Shown: one piece after another, positions 36,950 through 46,432 of the stretch | How the letters are laid out: every line of letters starts with the position of its first letter | How positions within the stretch are numbered: the first letter of the stretch is position 1 | IMG/VR virus record: IMGVR_UViG_3300044641_005618 | Length of the DNA: 64,000 nt | Source: a virus | Taxonomy: Duplodnaviria > Caudoviricetes | Reading direction: 5' to 3' (one strand) | Translations under genes and position numbers: made by a program | Notes under the pieces: model-generated | What the model was told of the DNA's origin: nothing | What the model saw: only the letters and a program-made list of their open reading frames with translations | Database searches by the model: none

Positions 36950-38626
36950 CTAACCAAGCTTGTGCACTGTGGAATTTCCTATCGCAACTCCCAAGAGAAA
37001 AGAATCCTCGCATGCTTCTCGAACGTGAACGCCACCATAAACACGTCCTATGGCATTTTCCAAGCCAGCTTCAAAGAAGCTGTTATCTTTCCACAGGCTA
37101 GAGCTTGTCACGGAGCTTATATCACCTAGACTCCCGTTTGCAATGCGACCGTCAAAAGATCGAGACTTTCCGGGCAGGTCCTGCGAAGTTGTTGACCATA
37201 CGAGGTTGTCACCAAAAAAGTGTGTCATTACACTCGCAAATACTCCACCCATTACTGAGTGGCCAGATATAAAGTCAGGGGACGGTGGAGATTGTACTCC
37301 GTTTATGGAGGAAAGCAACGACTTCCACTCTGTGTCTCGGACAGTGAGGTCTGAGCCGTCTTCGTCGGAAAAACTGCCAGTGATTACGTCCCACGGTCGA
37401 GGCTGAACATTGTCGTATTTTTTCTTCCATGCCACGGTTACGGCGTCTGCCATGGCGACGCTTAAGCTAGCGAATAACCTAGCGTTGTTAGCTGGGGTTG
37501 TTGCTTGGTTCGTTGCTATTTCAGTCGCAATATCAAACAACTGACCATACGGCCTATAGGTGTCAGGCCGATCGTAAGCCCAAAAAAGAGCAATGTCCGT
37601 CTGGTCGGCATTGCGGCGCGAGGTGGTGGTTGCAGTGTTTGTTAGTCCGCCGTACAAACGCACTTCAGCTAAGTCTCTGGCGTACAGGTCCAAGTTCACG
37701 TCTGGCCTCCCCTGCAGACCGTTGGTCCTATGTGTAACTTCACTGTCTAAACCCCAAGGTTTTACTGTGCCCCAATTGGGGCCTAGAGCAGCCCCTGCAT
37801 TGGGTCCGCTTGAGGCTGGCATCCAGGTATATCCCGGAAAGCTATTAGTAGGGGGTTGATAAGGTGTATTATTTGTTGATCCGTCGTTGGATCTTAGTGA
37901 GCGGATTTGATCAGCTATTCCGGACCCCAGGGCTAAGCCAGAGTGAATGCTCTGCGAGGTTCCCGTCAGATTGGCCAGACTTGATTTGTAGTGCTTTTGG
38001 AGTATTTCTTGTTCTCCAGGAAGCTCCAACGAAAGAATGCGGTAGGCCGCACCAATCAAAGCGGCATCTACGCTAGCGGCAGCGGGTGCGTTTTGGTCGA
38101 TCTTGTAGAATGCCACTTGATCACCGAACGCTGCCCGAGTGTCCAACATTGCCGTGGAAAGCATTGCCATCAGACGACTACCCGTGGTAGGAGGCACTCC
38201 AGGTTTTCTATTGCTGCCCGCTGATTGGATTGCTTCCAGAGCACAGCTAATCCAAGACAGAACTTGGTCGGGACCAGGCTGATTGACCGGTGGCGTGATG
38301 TTGGCGGCCTTTTGGTTGCGAAAGAAAGCGGCCTTCTGATTAGTGCTTAAAGAGCGAATGTCGCCGAAACCAACTTTGTCGAGTCCATTTACGCTGCCAT
38401 AAGTAATCGCAACGGTGTCCGTGGCCTGGATCGGTGTGGCGAGGTTCAGGCGGATGGTGGTGCCGCCGCCGCGCAGCATGGCGGGGCCAGTGAGGCTGCG
38501 ACGGACTCCGTTGACGGAAACCTGAAAGCGGCTGAAACTGGGCAGAATGCTGTTGAGGGTGTCGCTATAGCGCAGCTCGACGAACGACTCTTTTGCAATT
38601 AGCTCAACCAGGGTTAATGGTTTCAT
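36950..38626 (-). CDS. Vanadium-dependent haloperoxidase/PAP2-family protein with N-terminal SwmB-like domain
   Basis: K-YDNVQP-RP, PDFISGHS, R-VYGGV-H active-site motifs; N-terminal LRYSDTL..FQVSVNG..TVAITY. Confidence 0.8.
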   Translation of the reverse strand: MKPLTLVELIAKESFVELRYSDTLNSILPSFSRFQVSVNGVRRSLTGPAMLRGGGTTIRLNLATPIQATDTVAITYGSVNGLDKVGFGDIRSLSTNQKAAFFRNQKAANITPPVNQPGPDQVLSWISCALEAIQSAGSNRKPGVPPTTGSRLMAMLSTAMLDTRAAFGDQVAFYKIDQNAPAAASVDAALIGAAYRILSLELPGEQEILQKHYKSSLANLTGTSQSIHSGLALGSGIADQIRSLRSNDGSTNNTPYQPPTNSFPGYTWMPASSGPNAGAALGPNWGTVKPWGLDSEVTHRTNGLQGRPDVNLDLYARDLAEVRLYGGLTNTATTTSRRNADQTDIALFWAYDRPDTYRPYGQLFDIATEIATNQATTPANNARLFASLSVAMADAVTVAWKKKYDNVQPRPWDVITGSFSDEDGSDLTVRDTEWKSLLSSINGVQSPPSPDFISGHSVMGGVFASVMTHFFGDNLVWSTTSQDLPGKSRSFDGRIANGSLGDISSVTSSSLWKDNSFFEAGLENAIGRVYGGVHVREACEDSFLLGVAIGNSTVHKLG

Positions 38627-38771
38627 AGACTAGAACTGAGTGTAGAAAACGGATGAAGAATTTCCGGGGGTACGCCCGGAGAACATTCGTTTTAAGGGGG
38701 TTTAGCACCCCCTTAGTTTTGGGTGCACTCGGTTAAAGTAAACCCGTAACCCCTGGGTCATTTTGCGCTAG

Positions 38772-39449
38772 CTACCAACCTACCCGTCCAAGTTCAACAT
38801 TTTGCGCCTCAAGCTCTGCTATCCTGGCTTCCTGCTCCTGTACTAAAATCGCAGCGCAAGCGAGTCGTTCTGCCATGCTAACCCTTCCTTCGTAGGAAGC
38901 TTCTCCCGACTCAGTCTGTAGCCATTCCACAACATTTTTCACGTTTTGATTCTCAGGTGATGGCGGCCTTCTGTTGGGTAGCTCCGACAGCTGAAAGGCA
39001 ACGTTTTCGATATCCCAGCGGTCCTCACTCCCTGGCTCCATATACTCGGCAGTAGTGTTAAGTGCATGAATCAAGGCGTCCACATCTGCCAAAGGTGTAC
39101 AATCCGGTGTAATGCTTTGACCATTCTGATGTAGCATCATGGCAAAGTTTGCAACATCCACTGGGTCCCCTTTGCGAATGTGTTCGCATAGAAGACGAGA
39201 CAGGTGCTCAGCGGATGCTTCTTTCCACCCTTGCTTGCCTTCTTTGCTCTTTCGGGAAAGTTTAAGCTTCATTTCAGCGGCAAACTGGTCAACGGCGAGC
39301 CGGTCTGTTTCTTCTAAGGCAGGTGTACCAGAGTGTGTGTGTAATGCGGGATTAAGCAACGGTGCAGTAGCAGGATGAGTTAGCAGATGACGAGCAAGGT
39401 CTTCTATCGTAAAACCAGCGGTAATTGGGTTAAGAGTGTCACCCCGCAT
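38772..39449 (-). CDS. Hypothetical phage protein
   Basis: AVDQFAAEMKLKL..KGDPVDVANFAMMLH domain. Confidence 0.7.
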   Translation of the reverse strand: MRGDTLNPITAGFTIEDLARHLLTHPATAPLLNPALHTHSGTPALEETDRLAVDQFAAEMKLKLSRKSKEGKQGWKEASAEHLSRLLCEHIRKGDPVDVANFAMMLHQNGQSITPDCTPLADVDALIHALNTTAEYMEPGSEDRWDIENVAFQLSELPNRRPPSPENQNVKNVVEWLQTESGEASYEGRVSMAERLACAAILVQEQEARIAELEAQNVELGRVGW

Positions 39450-39664
39450 TATATCCGCAAGATCATCAACCGTGAGGGGCGGGTAGCACTAGGCTTGGGG
39501 TGCGCGTACAGCGCTATAAGATAATGGACTTGATCTCGAAGGTAGTCCACAACTTTTTCTGGAGTCGGAGTAATTCCGGCCCACTGCCAAAGAGAAGGGC
39601 CATCGCCTCCAATTTCATCGACAAAGCTCGTAAGGGCTTTTGCCCAGTCATTTGTTGTTGTCAT
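39449..39664 (-). CDS. Hypothetical protein
   Basis: ORF track. Confidence 0.55.
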   Translation of the reverse strand: MTTTNDWAKALTSFVDEIGGDGPSLWQWAGITPTPEKVVDYLRDQVHYLIALYAHPKPSATRPSRLMILRI

Positions 39665-40245
39665 GGTTGTTCGGTTGTAGTTGTTGGGGCAGGGCAGCAG
39701 AAGTAGCTAGCGATCTTTGGAGCCCACCACAACGGATCACCTATAACTGTGCCCTCGGGCATTTCCCCCTCAAGCCAATTAGCAAAGTCAGGGTACCACT
39801 GGTCTACTCCCTGGCTCCGGGGTGGCAAAGCTACCCTGTGGGCAAGGGCGGTGCGAACAATCTCCAGAATTGCGACAACAACGGTGTCAAAGTCGTTTGA
39901 GTCAACAAACATCGCAATTTCGTTGTCTACACACAGTTGTCTAACATCGGCTAGGCTCGATCCCTGATTCGGTGAAGGTCCGGACCCGCTAAACTCGGCC
40001 AACGCCTCTGCCCCGAACACGTCAGCTACAACCCAAGGGTCAATGTAACGGGCTTCAAAAGGGCTAGGTTGAAACTTGCCGAAGCAAAACGCAATACCTT
40101 GCTCGACGAGGCGCAATTGCTTGCTTTTACCCGGTGCCTGTGTCACTGAAGTTTCCTTTTCCGTCTCAGCAAGGGCAGTGCTGTTCTTCCCAATAATACT
40201 GCGAAACCGCAGCATGTAATCCGCGTGCTCATGATCGGTGCTCAT
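39661..40245 (-). CDS. Hypothetical protein
   Basis: ORF track. Confidence 0.6.
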   Translation of the reverse strand: MSTDHEHADYMLRFRSIIGKNSTALAETEKETSVTQAPGKSKQLRLVEQGIAFCFGKFQPSPFEARYIDPWVVADVFGAEALAEFSGSGPSPNQGSSLADVRQLCVDNEIAMFVDSNDFDTVVVAILEIVRTALAHRVALPPRSQGVDQWYPDFANWLEGEMPEGTVIGDPLWWAPKIASYFCCPAPTTTTEQP

Positions 40246-40730
40246 GGTGCGATTCTGTCGATATTTTCTTGTACTAGATACTCAAGCTCGTCAATTCTAG
40301 CGTCCTGCTTCGAGATGAGTTCTGCGGCGCGGAAAAGTAGGGCAGGGGGAACTACGTGACATTGACCAAAGTGTTCTAAGCTTTTAGCCGTCGCCCACAG
40401 GGAGCTCTCTAGGTATACTATCTCATCTTCGTCTACCGGGTTCGTTTGGCCCGGAGTCTTTAGCAAGGCAGTGCGAGCATCGTCAATGGCGTCAGTCCAG
40501 GAATTTGCGATTGCCGGGTCAGGTCCATTTTGGTCCTCAAGTTCAATCAACCGCTTCAAAGCGGATCTCATAGTTACAGTCATTGTTAGTTTGGAAAGAG
40601 GTCTAAGGCCACCGCAATTTCCCAACACAAGAGCAGAGTCTGGAAAGCAGTGAAGAGGGTGTAGAATGTAATTTGTGCAGGCATTCGAAACAGGGTAGAG
40701 CGAGTGTGAGGGGTTTGACTCGTGGCGCAT
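40242..40730 (-). CDS. Hypothetical protein (true start likely near 40583)
   Basis: ORF track. Confidence 0.5.
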   Translation of the reverse strand: MRHESNPSHSLYPVSNACTNYILHPLHCFPDSALVLGNCGGLRPLSKLTMTVTMRSALKRLIELEDQNGPDPAIANSWTDAIDDARTALLKTPGQTNPVDEDEIVYLESSLWATAKSLEHFGQCHVVPPALLFRAAELISKQDARIDELEYLVQENIDRIAP

Positions 40731-41119
40731 TCATGCTCTTGTCTCTCTTCTCCAGGGTAGGGGTCGCAGGTCTCCAGCCGTGCGCACGTTGCTGTAGCTT
40801 GCGCAACAACGTCTGACCAGGAGATCCCATTGGCCTCTGTAATTGACATCAAGACAAGTAGAACATCTGCGGCTTCCGACTTCGGATCACCACGCTTCCC
40901 ACGAATCGCCTCAATTAGTTCTGATGCCTCAAGGTGTAGGTATGCACCACGAGCCGACCAGTGCAGTGACCAACCACGCCTCTTGCACATTGCTAGAATA
41001 CGTGGTGCTAATCGGGCTTCTGCAAAGCTGCGTCTAATCCGGTCGACTCGCGCTATGGATCTAGCATTAATCGCCTGACTTCTGGCGACTATGCTCTGAT
41101 CATCAGTTTCCTTACTCAT
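40586..41119 (-). CDS. MazG-like nucleotide pyrophosphohydrolase
   Basis: HLEASELIEAI..DPKSEAADVL (ExxE..ExxD). Confidence 0.7.
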   Translation of the reverse strand: MSKETDDQSIVARSQAINARSIARVDRIRRSFAEARLAPRILAMCKRRGWSLHWSARGAYLHLEASELIEAIRGKRGDPKSEAADVLLVLMSITEANGISWSDVVAQATATCARLETCDPYPGEERQEHECATSQTPHTRSTLFRMPAQITFYTLFTAFQTLLLCWEIAVALDLFPN

Positions 41120-41301
41120 TTCACACCAAGTTCGGAGTCGGGTTCGGGTGGGAAATAACCACCAGAAAGTTTGGCCATTGAGTATAGTGCATCTCGAACA
41201 ATCTCAGCTTCTTCGCCATACAAACAAGCACGTTCTAAAAAGTTCAACCTGCTGTAGATTGTTTCAAAGGCTTCCTTTGGTGTTAGTTTGGTGTTTTCCA
41301 T
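41116..41301 (-). CDS. Hypothetical protein
   Basis: ORF track. Confidence 0.55.
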   Translation of the reverse strand: MENTKLTPKEAFETIYSRLNFLERACLYGEEAEIVRDALYSMAKLSGGYFPPEPDSELGVK

Positions 41302-41319
41302 TTGTTTTGCTGTGTTGTT

Positions 41320-41652
41320 TCAGTTACGGTTAAGTCGTTTCGATTTAAAGAAACCGAGAATTCGATCGACGCTATCTTCGATGCCTTCATTAGGCGCTAA
41401 CTGTGCAAGAGCCCAAATCTCGTGAGCATCGCCCATGCTTAGCCCAGGTTGCCTCTGGTCTGTGACACAAGACGCTTGAAATTGCTCCTCAAGAAAGGAT
41501 TCCAACGTGATGTAGTTGTCTTTAGAAAACTCTTCCGCAGCAGCTTGACGAACCATAAGGTACAGGTTCTGGATTCGTATGTCGTGGTCAGGGCCTTGGC
41601 GGACCTGGCGCTTGAAAATACGCTTAAGGAGAAACTGTTCGAGGAGGGTCAT
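41320..41652 (-). CDS. Hypothetical protein
   Basis: ATG below promoter at 41679. Confidence 0.65.
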   Translation of the reverse strand: MTLLEQFLLKRIFKRQVRQGPDHDIRIQNLYLMVRQAAAEEFSKDNYITLESFLEEQFQASCVTDQRQPGLSMGDAHEIWALAQLAPNEGIEDSVDRILGFFKSKRLNRN

Positions 41653-41678
41653 AGGACTTCAGGGTTTGCACTAAAGTA

Positions 41679-41740
41679 AGTATACCGTTTCTGCGCCGCA
41701 GAAACAAGCCGGGAAACCGCCCCGGAGCAACCGGTTACCC
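41679..41740 (-). promoter_or_regulatory. Composite promoter copy with two upstream boxes
   Basis: tttctgc-gcc-gcagaaa dyad; boxes at 41712 and 41734. Confidence 0.85.
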
Positions 41741-41807
41741 TTCCTTGTCGGGGTGGCAAGGGCAACCCTTGAGGGTTGGTAACCCTACGTAACAGCACAG
41801 AAGGGAC

Positions 41808-42131
41808 TTAGGGTCGGTCAACCTCTACAAACTTAAGCTGGTTTAACTCAACGATTTTCCTTTTCAGTGAGTCAATCTTTCGACCCAACCGCCTCTCCGC
41901 GTCCGCTGCGGCTTCGACCCAGCTTCGGTGCCAGTCGCCACGGCCAAGAAATAGGGTATGGTAAGCTGCTTTATAGGGCTTTTCTGAGAAATACCCGTCG
42001 ACCGTAGCCTTTCCAGTGACCTTAAAAATTCCCTTGGAAAGGGCGTACTTCGTACAGTATACAGTCTCATACGTCTCAGGGGTTGCAATGCTTTCGATGG
42101 TTTGGGACGATGTAAATTCAGGTGCGGTCAT
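41808..42131 (-). CDS. Hypothetical protein
   Basis: YCTKYALSKGI motif. Confidence 0.65.
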   Translation of the reverse strand: MTAPEFTSSQTIESIATPETYETVYCTKYALSKGIFKVTGKATVDGYFSEKPYKAAYHTLFLGRGDWHRSWVEAAADAERRLGRKIDSLKRKIVELNQLKFVEVDRP

Positions 42132-42195
42132 GTGTTTTGTGCGGGAGTTGAAGGGTATTAACTAAGGTTGGCTTAGGGAAGTGGACAAGGGGGCA

Positions 42196-42267
42196 AACCC
42201 ACGACTGGATTCGAACCAGCGACCTGCCGCTTACGAAACGGCTGCACTACCGCTGTGCTACGTGGGT
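42196..42267 (-). tRNA. tRNA-Thr(CGT)
   Basis: Cloverleaf folded by hand; loop TTCGTAA. Confidence 0.9.
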
Positions 42268-42448
42268 GGGTTCTCCCCGGCCCTACCTTAGCATCTTTCT
42301 CGATCGAGTCGAAACTCGGCCTGAATTTGCTTGTAGACGCTTCGCTTCCACTCGGGCTCTCTCACTACGGGGATTTGATACGGGATCTCACTCAGCAAGC
42401 GCACCTCAACGGTGTTGTCTTTCACGTTTGACGCCATGACAGTATCCC

Positions 42449-42670
42449 TCAGGTGTTGTTTTTTGGACAAGCTTTGTTCAGCGCACGAATCGCCGAGAGT
42501 GCGCTTCGAACTTCGAATGGTGTTCGGCACCACTCTAAAGCGTTGGATACCTGTCTGCGGTTTGAGCACATTTCTTGCGCCCAAAATCGGAACAGTTCCG
42601 CGTCTTCCCCGTCTTTTTCAGTTCCCATGAAGACTCCCGACGTTTTCACAAACTTTCCGAATGTTTTCAT
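42449..42670 (-). CDS. Hypothetical protein
   Basis: ORF track. Confidence 0.5.
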   Translation of the reverse strand: MKTFGKFVKTSGVFMGTEKDGEDAELFRFWAQEMCSNRRQVSNALEWCRTPFEVRSALSAIRALNKACPKNNT

Positions 42671-42881
42671 GGGTGGAATCAGTTACACCGAAGTCGCACA
42701 TGCTCGGAGGATTACCCGCAGCGTGGAGGGCGATTAACTCAGCTTCCAGCGCCGGAGTGTGTCGAGAACGAGTGCGCAAGTACCACACGTCTTGAGCGCA
42801 ACTCACAGAAACTCCGAGTTCGGCTGCAATGTCTCTCATGTACTGCTCCAGCTCATCGTAGTACTCTTGTTGTTCATTCAT
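42618..42881 (-). CDS. Hypothetical protein
   Basis: ORF track. Confidence 0.6.
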   Translation of the reverse strand: MNEQQEYYDELEQYMRDIAAELGVSVSCAQDVWYLRTRSRHTPALEAELIALHAAGNPPSMCDFGVTDSTHENIRKVCENVGSLHGN

Positions 42882-43101
42882 GAGAGTTTGCTGAGGTGGA
42901 TGTAGGGGTTAAACATTTCCATGGAAGTTCATCTTCGTAGTTCCCCATTAGTAGTCTAACCCAGAGTTTTCCGTGAGAGTCGAGAGCAACTACATGTTCG
43001 GTTACAACAGTAGTTATTTTACTGTCGTCCGGGGTGGTGTAAGCTGTAACGCTCTGAGGGACTACCTTAAAGGAGACAATTTTCTCAGGGAAGTTGTTCA
43101 T
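42874..43101 (-). CDS. Hypothetical protein
   Basis: ORF track. Confidence 0.55.
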   Translation of the reverse strand: MNNFPEKIVSFKVVPQSVTAYTTPDDSKITTVVTEHVVALDSHGKLWVRLLMGNYEDELPWKCLTPTSTSANSHE

Positions 43102-43104
43102 GGG

Positions 43105-43497
43105 TCAGGGAAAGGGTACAAACTCGCAAACGAGGGAAAGACCAAAGTTCTCTCTTTGAATTGCAAGTGGAGATTGAAGCATCACATTCGACTCAACGGG
43201 GCGAACTCCAGGAAGCATCGAAATTGTCATGTGAGGGTTCTTGTTCAAGCAAACACTCCGGATCCCGCTCGGAAGTTCAACTCGTAAGGCATGAATGCGG
43301 TCGTTGAAACAATTTTCAGTGGCACGAACTGTGAAAGTTCTCCCTAAGATCCCGTCTGGAATCTCGTTCTCCACCACACCAAACTGCAAAGTAACGTGAA
43401 AGTGCTCAGCAGCTTGGCTGAAGATTGGGTGAACTGGGGAGTTCTGGTCCGGTTTGGACAACCAGAGAATCCCACGGCGAGGGGCGGTGTTTTCCAT
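43105..43497 (-). CDS. 2H phosphoesterase (tRNA-ligase CPD / Acb1-like fold)
   Basis: Two HxT motifs: HFHVTLQF and NPHMTIS. Confidence 0.75.
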   Translation of the reverse strand: MENTAPRRGILWLSKPDQNSPVHPIFSQAAEHFHVTLQFGVVENEIPDGILGRTFTVRATENCFNDRIHALRVELPSGIRSVCLNKNPHMTISMLPGVRPVESNVMLQSPLAIQRENFGLSLVCEFVPFP

Positions 43498-43503
43498 ACT
43501 TGT

Positions 43504-43567
43504 ACTATACCGCCTTTTGCTCTGTGAGGGAAAGCGGGGAAACCGTCCGAGTTAGGGCGGCTACCCC
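43504..43567 (-). promoter_or_regulatory. Composite promoter copy
   Basis: plus: actataccg..ggggaaaccgtcc..ggcggctacccc. Confidence 0.7.
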
Positions 43568-43731
43568 CCTCTCGAACCTAAGCAAATAGCGCCAATCCAA
43601 TAATTCCTCCGCCTAGCATTGCGAGAATGTATCCCATTGTCCCCGGTATGGCAAATCCAGCGGCCATGAAAATGACACCGGTAAGTAGGAGGAGGGGGTA
43701 CAGAGCTAATAAGCTTCTCATTTGTTTGTAA

Positions 43732-43992
43732 TCAGTTCAGTAGTGGCTTTCTTACGCCGTTGTTGTGAATGGCGCTTATACGCAAATTTTCCAAAGTCCC
43801 TGTCTTAGCCACATCGTTAAAGTAAGCATTCCAGTCTTCGTGAGGGTACGGAGGAGTCCCAGACATAACACAGCTAGTGGCCAGAGTTAATGGTTTGGGC
43901 CCATTCGCACAACATGCGAGAGCAGGGTCCAGGGGATCAAGGTTTTCGGAGTTTAGGGTTGAGGTTATAGTGGGCTTACTTAGGGGGGACAA
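43732..43992 (-). CDS. Hypothetical protein
   Basis: ORF track. Confidence 0.45.
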   Translation of the reverse strand: MSPLSKPTITSTLNSENLDPLDPALACCANGPKPLTLATSCVMSGTPPYPHEDWNAYFNDVAKTGTLENLRISAIHNNGVRKPLLN

Positions 43993-43999
43993 GGGTAAA

Positions 44000-44073
44000 C
44001 GCCCTGTGCAGGATTTGAACCTGCGACATTCTCTTTAGGAAAGAGATGTTCTAATCCACTGAACTAACAGGGC
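44000..44073 (-). tRNA. tRNA-Arg(CCT)
   Basis: Cloverleaf; loop TTCCTAA. Confidence 0.92.
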
Positions 44074-44145
44074 TTTTGGCTTAAGCCCGTATGGTCCCTG
44101 CAAGGGGCAAACCGGACTCAGTATGATGGTAACCTTATGGGGTTA

Positions 44146-44219
44146 CGCCCCCTAGAGGATTCGAACCTCTGACACCACGGGCCGAAACCGTGTGCTCTAA
44201 TCCGCTGAGCTAAGGAGGC
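44146..44219 (-). tRNA. tRNA-Arg(TCG)
   Basis: Cloverleaf; loop TTTCGGC. Confidence 0.9.
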
Positions 44220-44245
44220 TTGGCTGCATAATTTGCCGGGGGTGA

Positions 44246-44512
44246 CTACCCCATTTGACGTGCAAATCTTCCCTCGGCGCACACCTTTACCCCTGGGTGG
44301 TGATAGACGGGGAAGTGAATTTGCCCATCCAAGAAAACTAACCTGTAGTGGTTCTTAACAAGGAAGTTTTCAAAGTTTGTAGCGTTCAGAGTCTCAATTC
44401 GCCTTAGCGTCTCAAGGGTTTTGCAATGATTTTGTAGCAGAGTAACTTGCCTCTGCAACGCCACGTTTTTGTTGTGCAATTCCACGTTTTGTTTTCTCAT
44501 GTGCGTCACCAC
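44246..44512 (-). CDS. Hypothetical protein
   Basis: ORF track. Confidence 0.5.
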   Translation of the reverse strand: MVTHMRKQNVELHNKNVALQRQVTLLQNHCKTLETLRRIETLNATNFENFLVKNHYRLVFLDGQIHFPVYHHPGVKVCAEGRFARQMG

Positions 44513-45039
44513 CGACTTGTAGTTGGTTTGGGTGCAAGTCCCAGGATTTCAAGATCGTCCTTGCTTAAGGAAGCCAAAAGTTCGGCTTTCCGTTCTCGAA
44601 CTCGCTTCTCTTCATCCTTTACTCGTTGAACCTCGCTCAGGAACTCATTTGCGTCCCAGAGGTCGGACTCAAGGGAATTCAGTTCTTGTTGTGACTGAGG
44701 ACCCTGCCGAGAGAATTTCACACCGCCACCACCCATCGGATGTGAAGTGTCGAGCGTAAGGGAGAATCGATCCGGTGTTACAGCCTCACCGAACTCACTG
44801 TAGGTGATTCGTTCAAGGATGGGGTCCACCCTAAGCTCTCTGGCTTTAGCCATAAGGCTCAGGATGGTCCACGGCAACTCTGCTGTCGCCGCAGCCAAAT
44901 TCGCCTCAAGATCCTTTTGCTGCTGCGCAGCTTTCTCAGCCTTTAGATGAGCTTTGCGTTCTGCTCGGTCTTTACTAGCTGCCCACTGGGCAACTGTTTG
45001 AGTGGTTTCTTCGTCAGAAATTTGGCTGGGGTTGGTCAT
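44506..45039 (-). CDS. Hypothetical protein
   Basis: ATG 45039 follows promoter at 45065. Confidence 0.65.
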   Translation of the reverse strand: MTNPSQISDEETTQTVAQWAASKDRAERKAHLKAEKAAQQQKDLEANLAAATAELPWTILSLMAKARELRVDPILERITYSEFGEAVTPDRFSLTLDTSHPMGGGGVKFSRQGPQSQQELNSLESDLWDANEFLSEVQRVKDEEKRVRERKAELLASLSKDDLEILGLAPKPTTSRW

Positions 45040-45064
45040 TGTTTCGAGTGGCTCGACTGAATTA

Positions 45065-45130
45065 ATCATACCGTTTCTTCGGTGCAGAAACAAGCGGGGA
45101 AACCGTCCCAAATGAAACGGTTTACCGCCC
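45065..45130 (-). promoter_or_regulatory. Composite promoter copy with two upstream boxes
   Basis: Boxes at 45098 and 45120. Confidence 0.8.
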
Positions 45131-45148
45131 TCTCACCCCCGAAGCTAC

Positions 45149-45493
45149 TCAGGAAGCAACTGCAACGGTAGGAACTAAGGAAGTGTCCCGACCCGCTTGA
45201 GCCCTCATTTCAGAGCGGATTCGAAGCATCGCCTGTGCTTGAAGGGCAACGTCGTTAACGGCGAGCTGAAGCTTAGAATGGTAGCTGGTGTAGGAGCCGT
45301 AGGAACGTCCGTACTTAAGGTTCCACTCGTCTTGGCGTTCTTGCGGCCAGACGTAGGAGAACACAGGAAGATCTTCGATGCTTCTCTGAGAGTCCTTGAT
45401 TTCCATTTTACGAGTGCGCTGACGCTCGCTGAGCTGAGCGTAGGCGAATTTCCATGCGGCAACTCCACGCAGGTGGGTTTCGCGGTCTTGCAT
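45149..45493 (-). CDS. Hypothetical protein
   Basis: AAWKFAYAQLSERQR motif. Confidence 0.65.
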   Translation of the reverse strand: MQDRETHLRGVAAWKFAYAQLSERQRTRKMEIKDSQRSIEDLPVFSYVWPQERQDEWNLKYGRSYGSYTSYHSKLQLAVNDVALQAQAMLRIRSEMRAQAGRDTSLVPTVAVAS

Positions 45494-45513
45494 TGTTTTG
45501 TAAGGTTGGTTAA

Positions 45514-45586
45514 CACCGGCAGAGGGATTTGAACCCCCGACATCAAGCTTAGAAGGCTCGCGTTCTGTCCGCTGAACTATGCCGGC
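45514..45586 (-). tRNA. tRNA-Arg(TCT)
   Basis: Cloverleaf; loop CTTCTAA. Confidence 0.92.
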
Positions 45587-45640
45587 TTGCTCAGGAGTGG
45601 GCTACACGGGGCCACACCTGCTTGGTTTTAGCCAAGTGCG

Positions 45641-45937
45641 TTATGCACCGGGGTACTCTTCAAGGTAGCCCTTGTACCAGTCCTGGGCAGCCCCTGAAAT
45701 AACCCCTTCAACCATGTTCTTCAAAATCCAGAGCTGGCGATCAGGAAACGCTGTCATTTTCAGGTGAGTGTATCTGAGTGCGCCCCAGGCCTGCAAGAAC
45801 TTCAGGTCTTGCTCCGGGAACAAAATCAGGAGCAAAGAGTCTACTAAGGGGCGTTTCTCGAAACCGCGAGTCATACTCGCAAGAGTTTCTTCGATGGCGG
45901 TGATCTGGGCGGGGCTGAGGCTGAGGTTGTTTTCCAT
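45641..45937 (-). CDS. Hypothetical protein
   Basis: ATG below promoter at 45944. Confidence 0.65.
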   Translation of the reverse strand: MENNLSLSPAQITAIEETLASMTRGFEKRPLVDSLLLILFPEQDLKFLQAWGALRYTHLKMTAFPDRQLWILKNMVEGVISGAAQDWYKGYLEEYPGA

Positions 45938-45943
45938 GAACTA

Positions 45944-46010
45944 ACTATACCGTTTCTACCCCCGCAGAGACAAGGGGTAAACCGCCCCCGAGAAGGAGGG
46001 TAAACCGCCC
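45944..46010 (-). promoter_or_regulatory. Composite promoter copy with two upstream boxes
   Basis: GTAAACCGCCC at 45977 and 46000. Confidence 0.8.
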
Positions 46011-46270
46011 TAGTTTAGTCGTTGCCAGTTGTGAGACAGGGAGGGGACGTCGGAGCGCCGAGTGCCCCGTAGGTGAAAGCAGAGCCAAAGAGAACCGCCC
46101 TGATCCACTGCAAGAATGTACGAGTCGCTGCCTAAACGTGAGTCACCGGGGACAAGCTCATAACTAATGATGCTGTCCGGTGCGGGAGGACGTGGGATTT
46201 CTGGGGTATGAGGGTTGTCAAAGTCCATAGTGACCTGGGGCAGGTGTACGGCGCAGTATAGCCTATTCAA
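46010..46270 (-). CDS. Hypothetical protein
   Basis: ORF track. Confidence 0.5.
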   Translation of the reverse strand: MNRLYCAVHLPQVTMDFDNPHTPEIPRPPAPDSIISYELVPGDSRLGSDSYILAVDQGGSLWLCFHLRGTRRSDVPSLSHNWQRLN

Positions 46271-46432
46271 GGGTCCGTAAAGCCCTCCTTGCTAGACGTC
46301 GTCGAGTGCGAGATATCTGTCTTTTTATGTAGGGTAGAGACCGCAGGTGGCTCTTCCACCTACGCTTTCCTCGCTGCCACAGCAGGATTGACTCCTGTTT
46401 TGACTCAGGTTTTGCCATGCTTCTTTAGGGTG

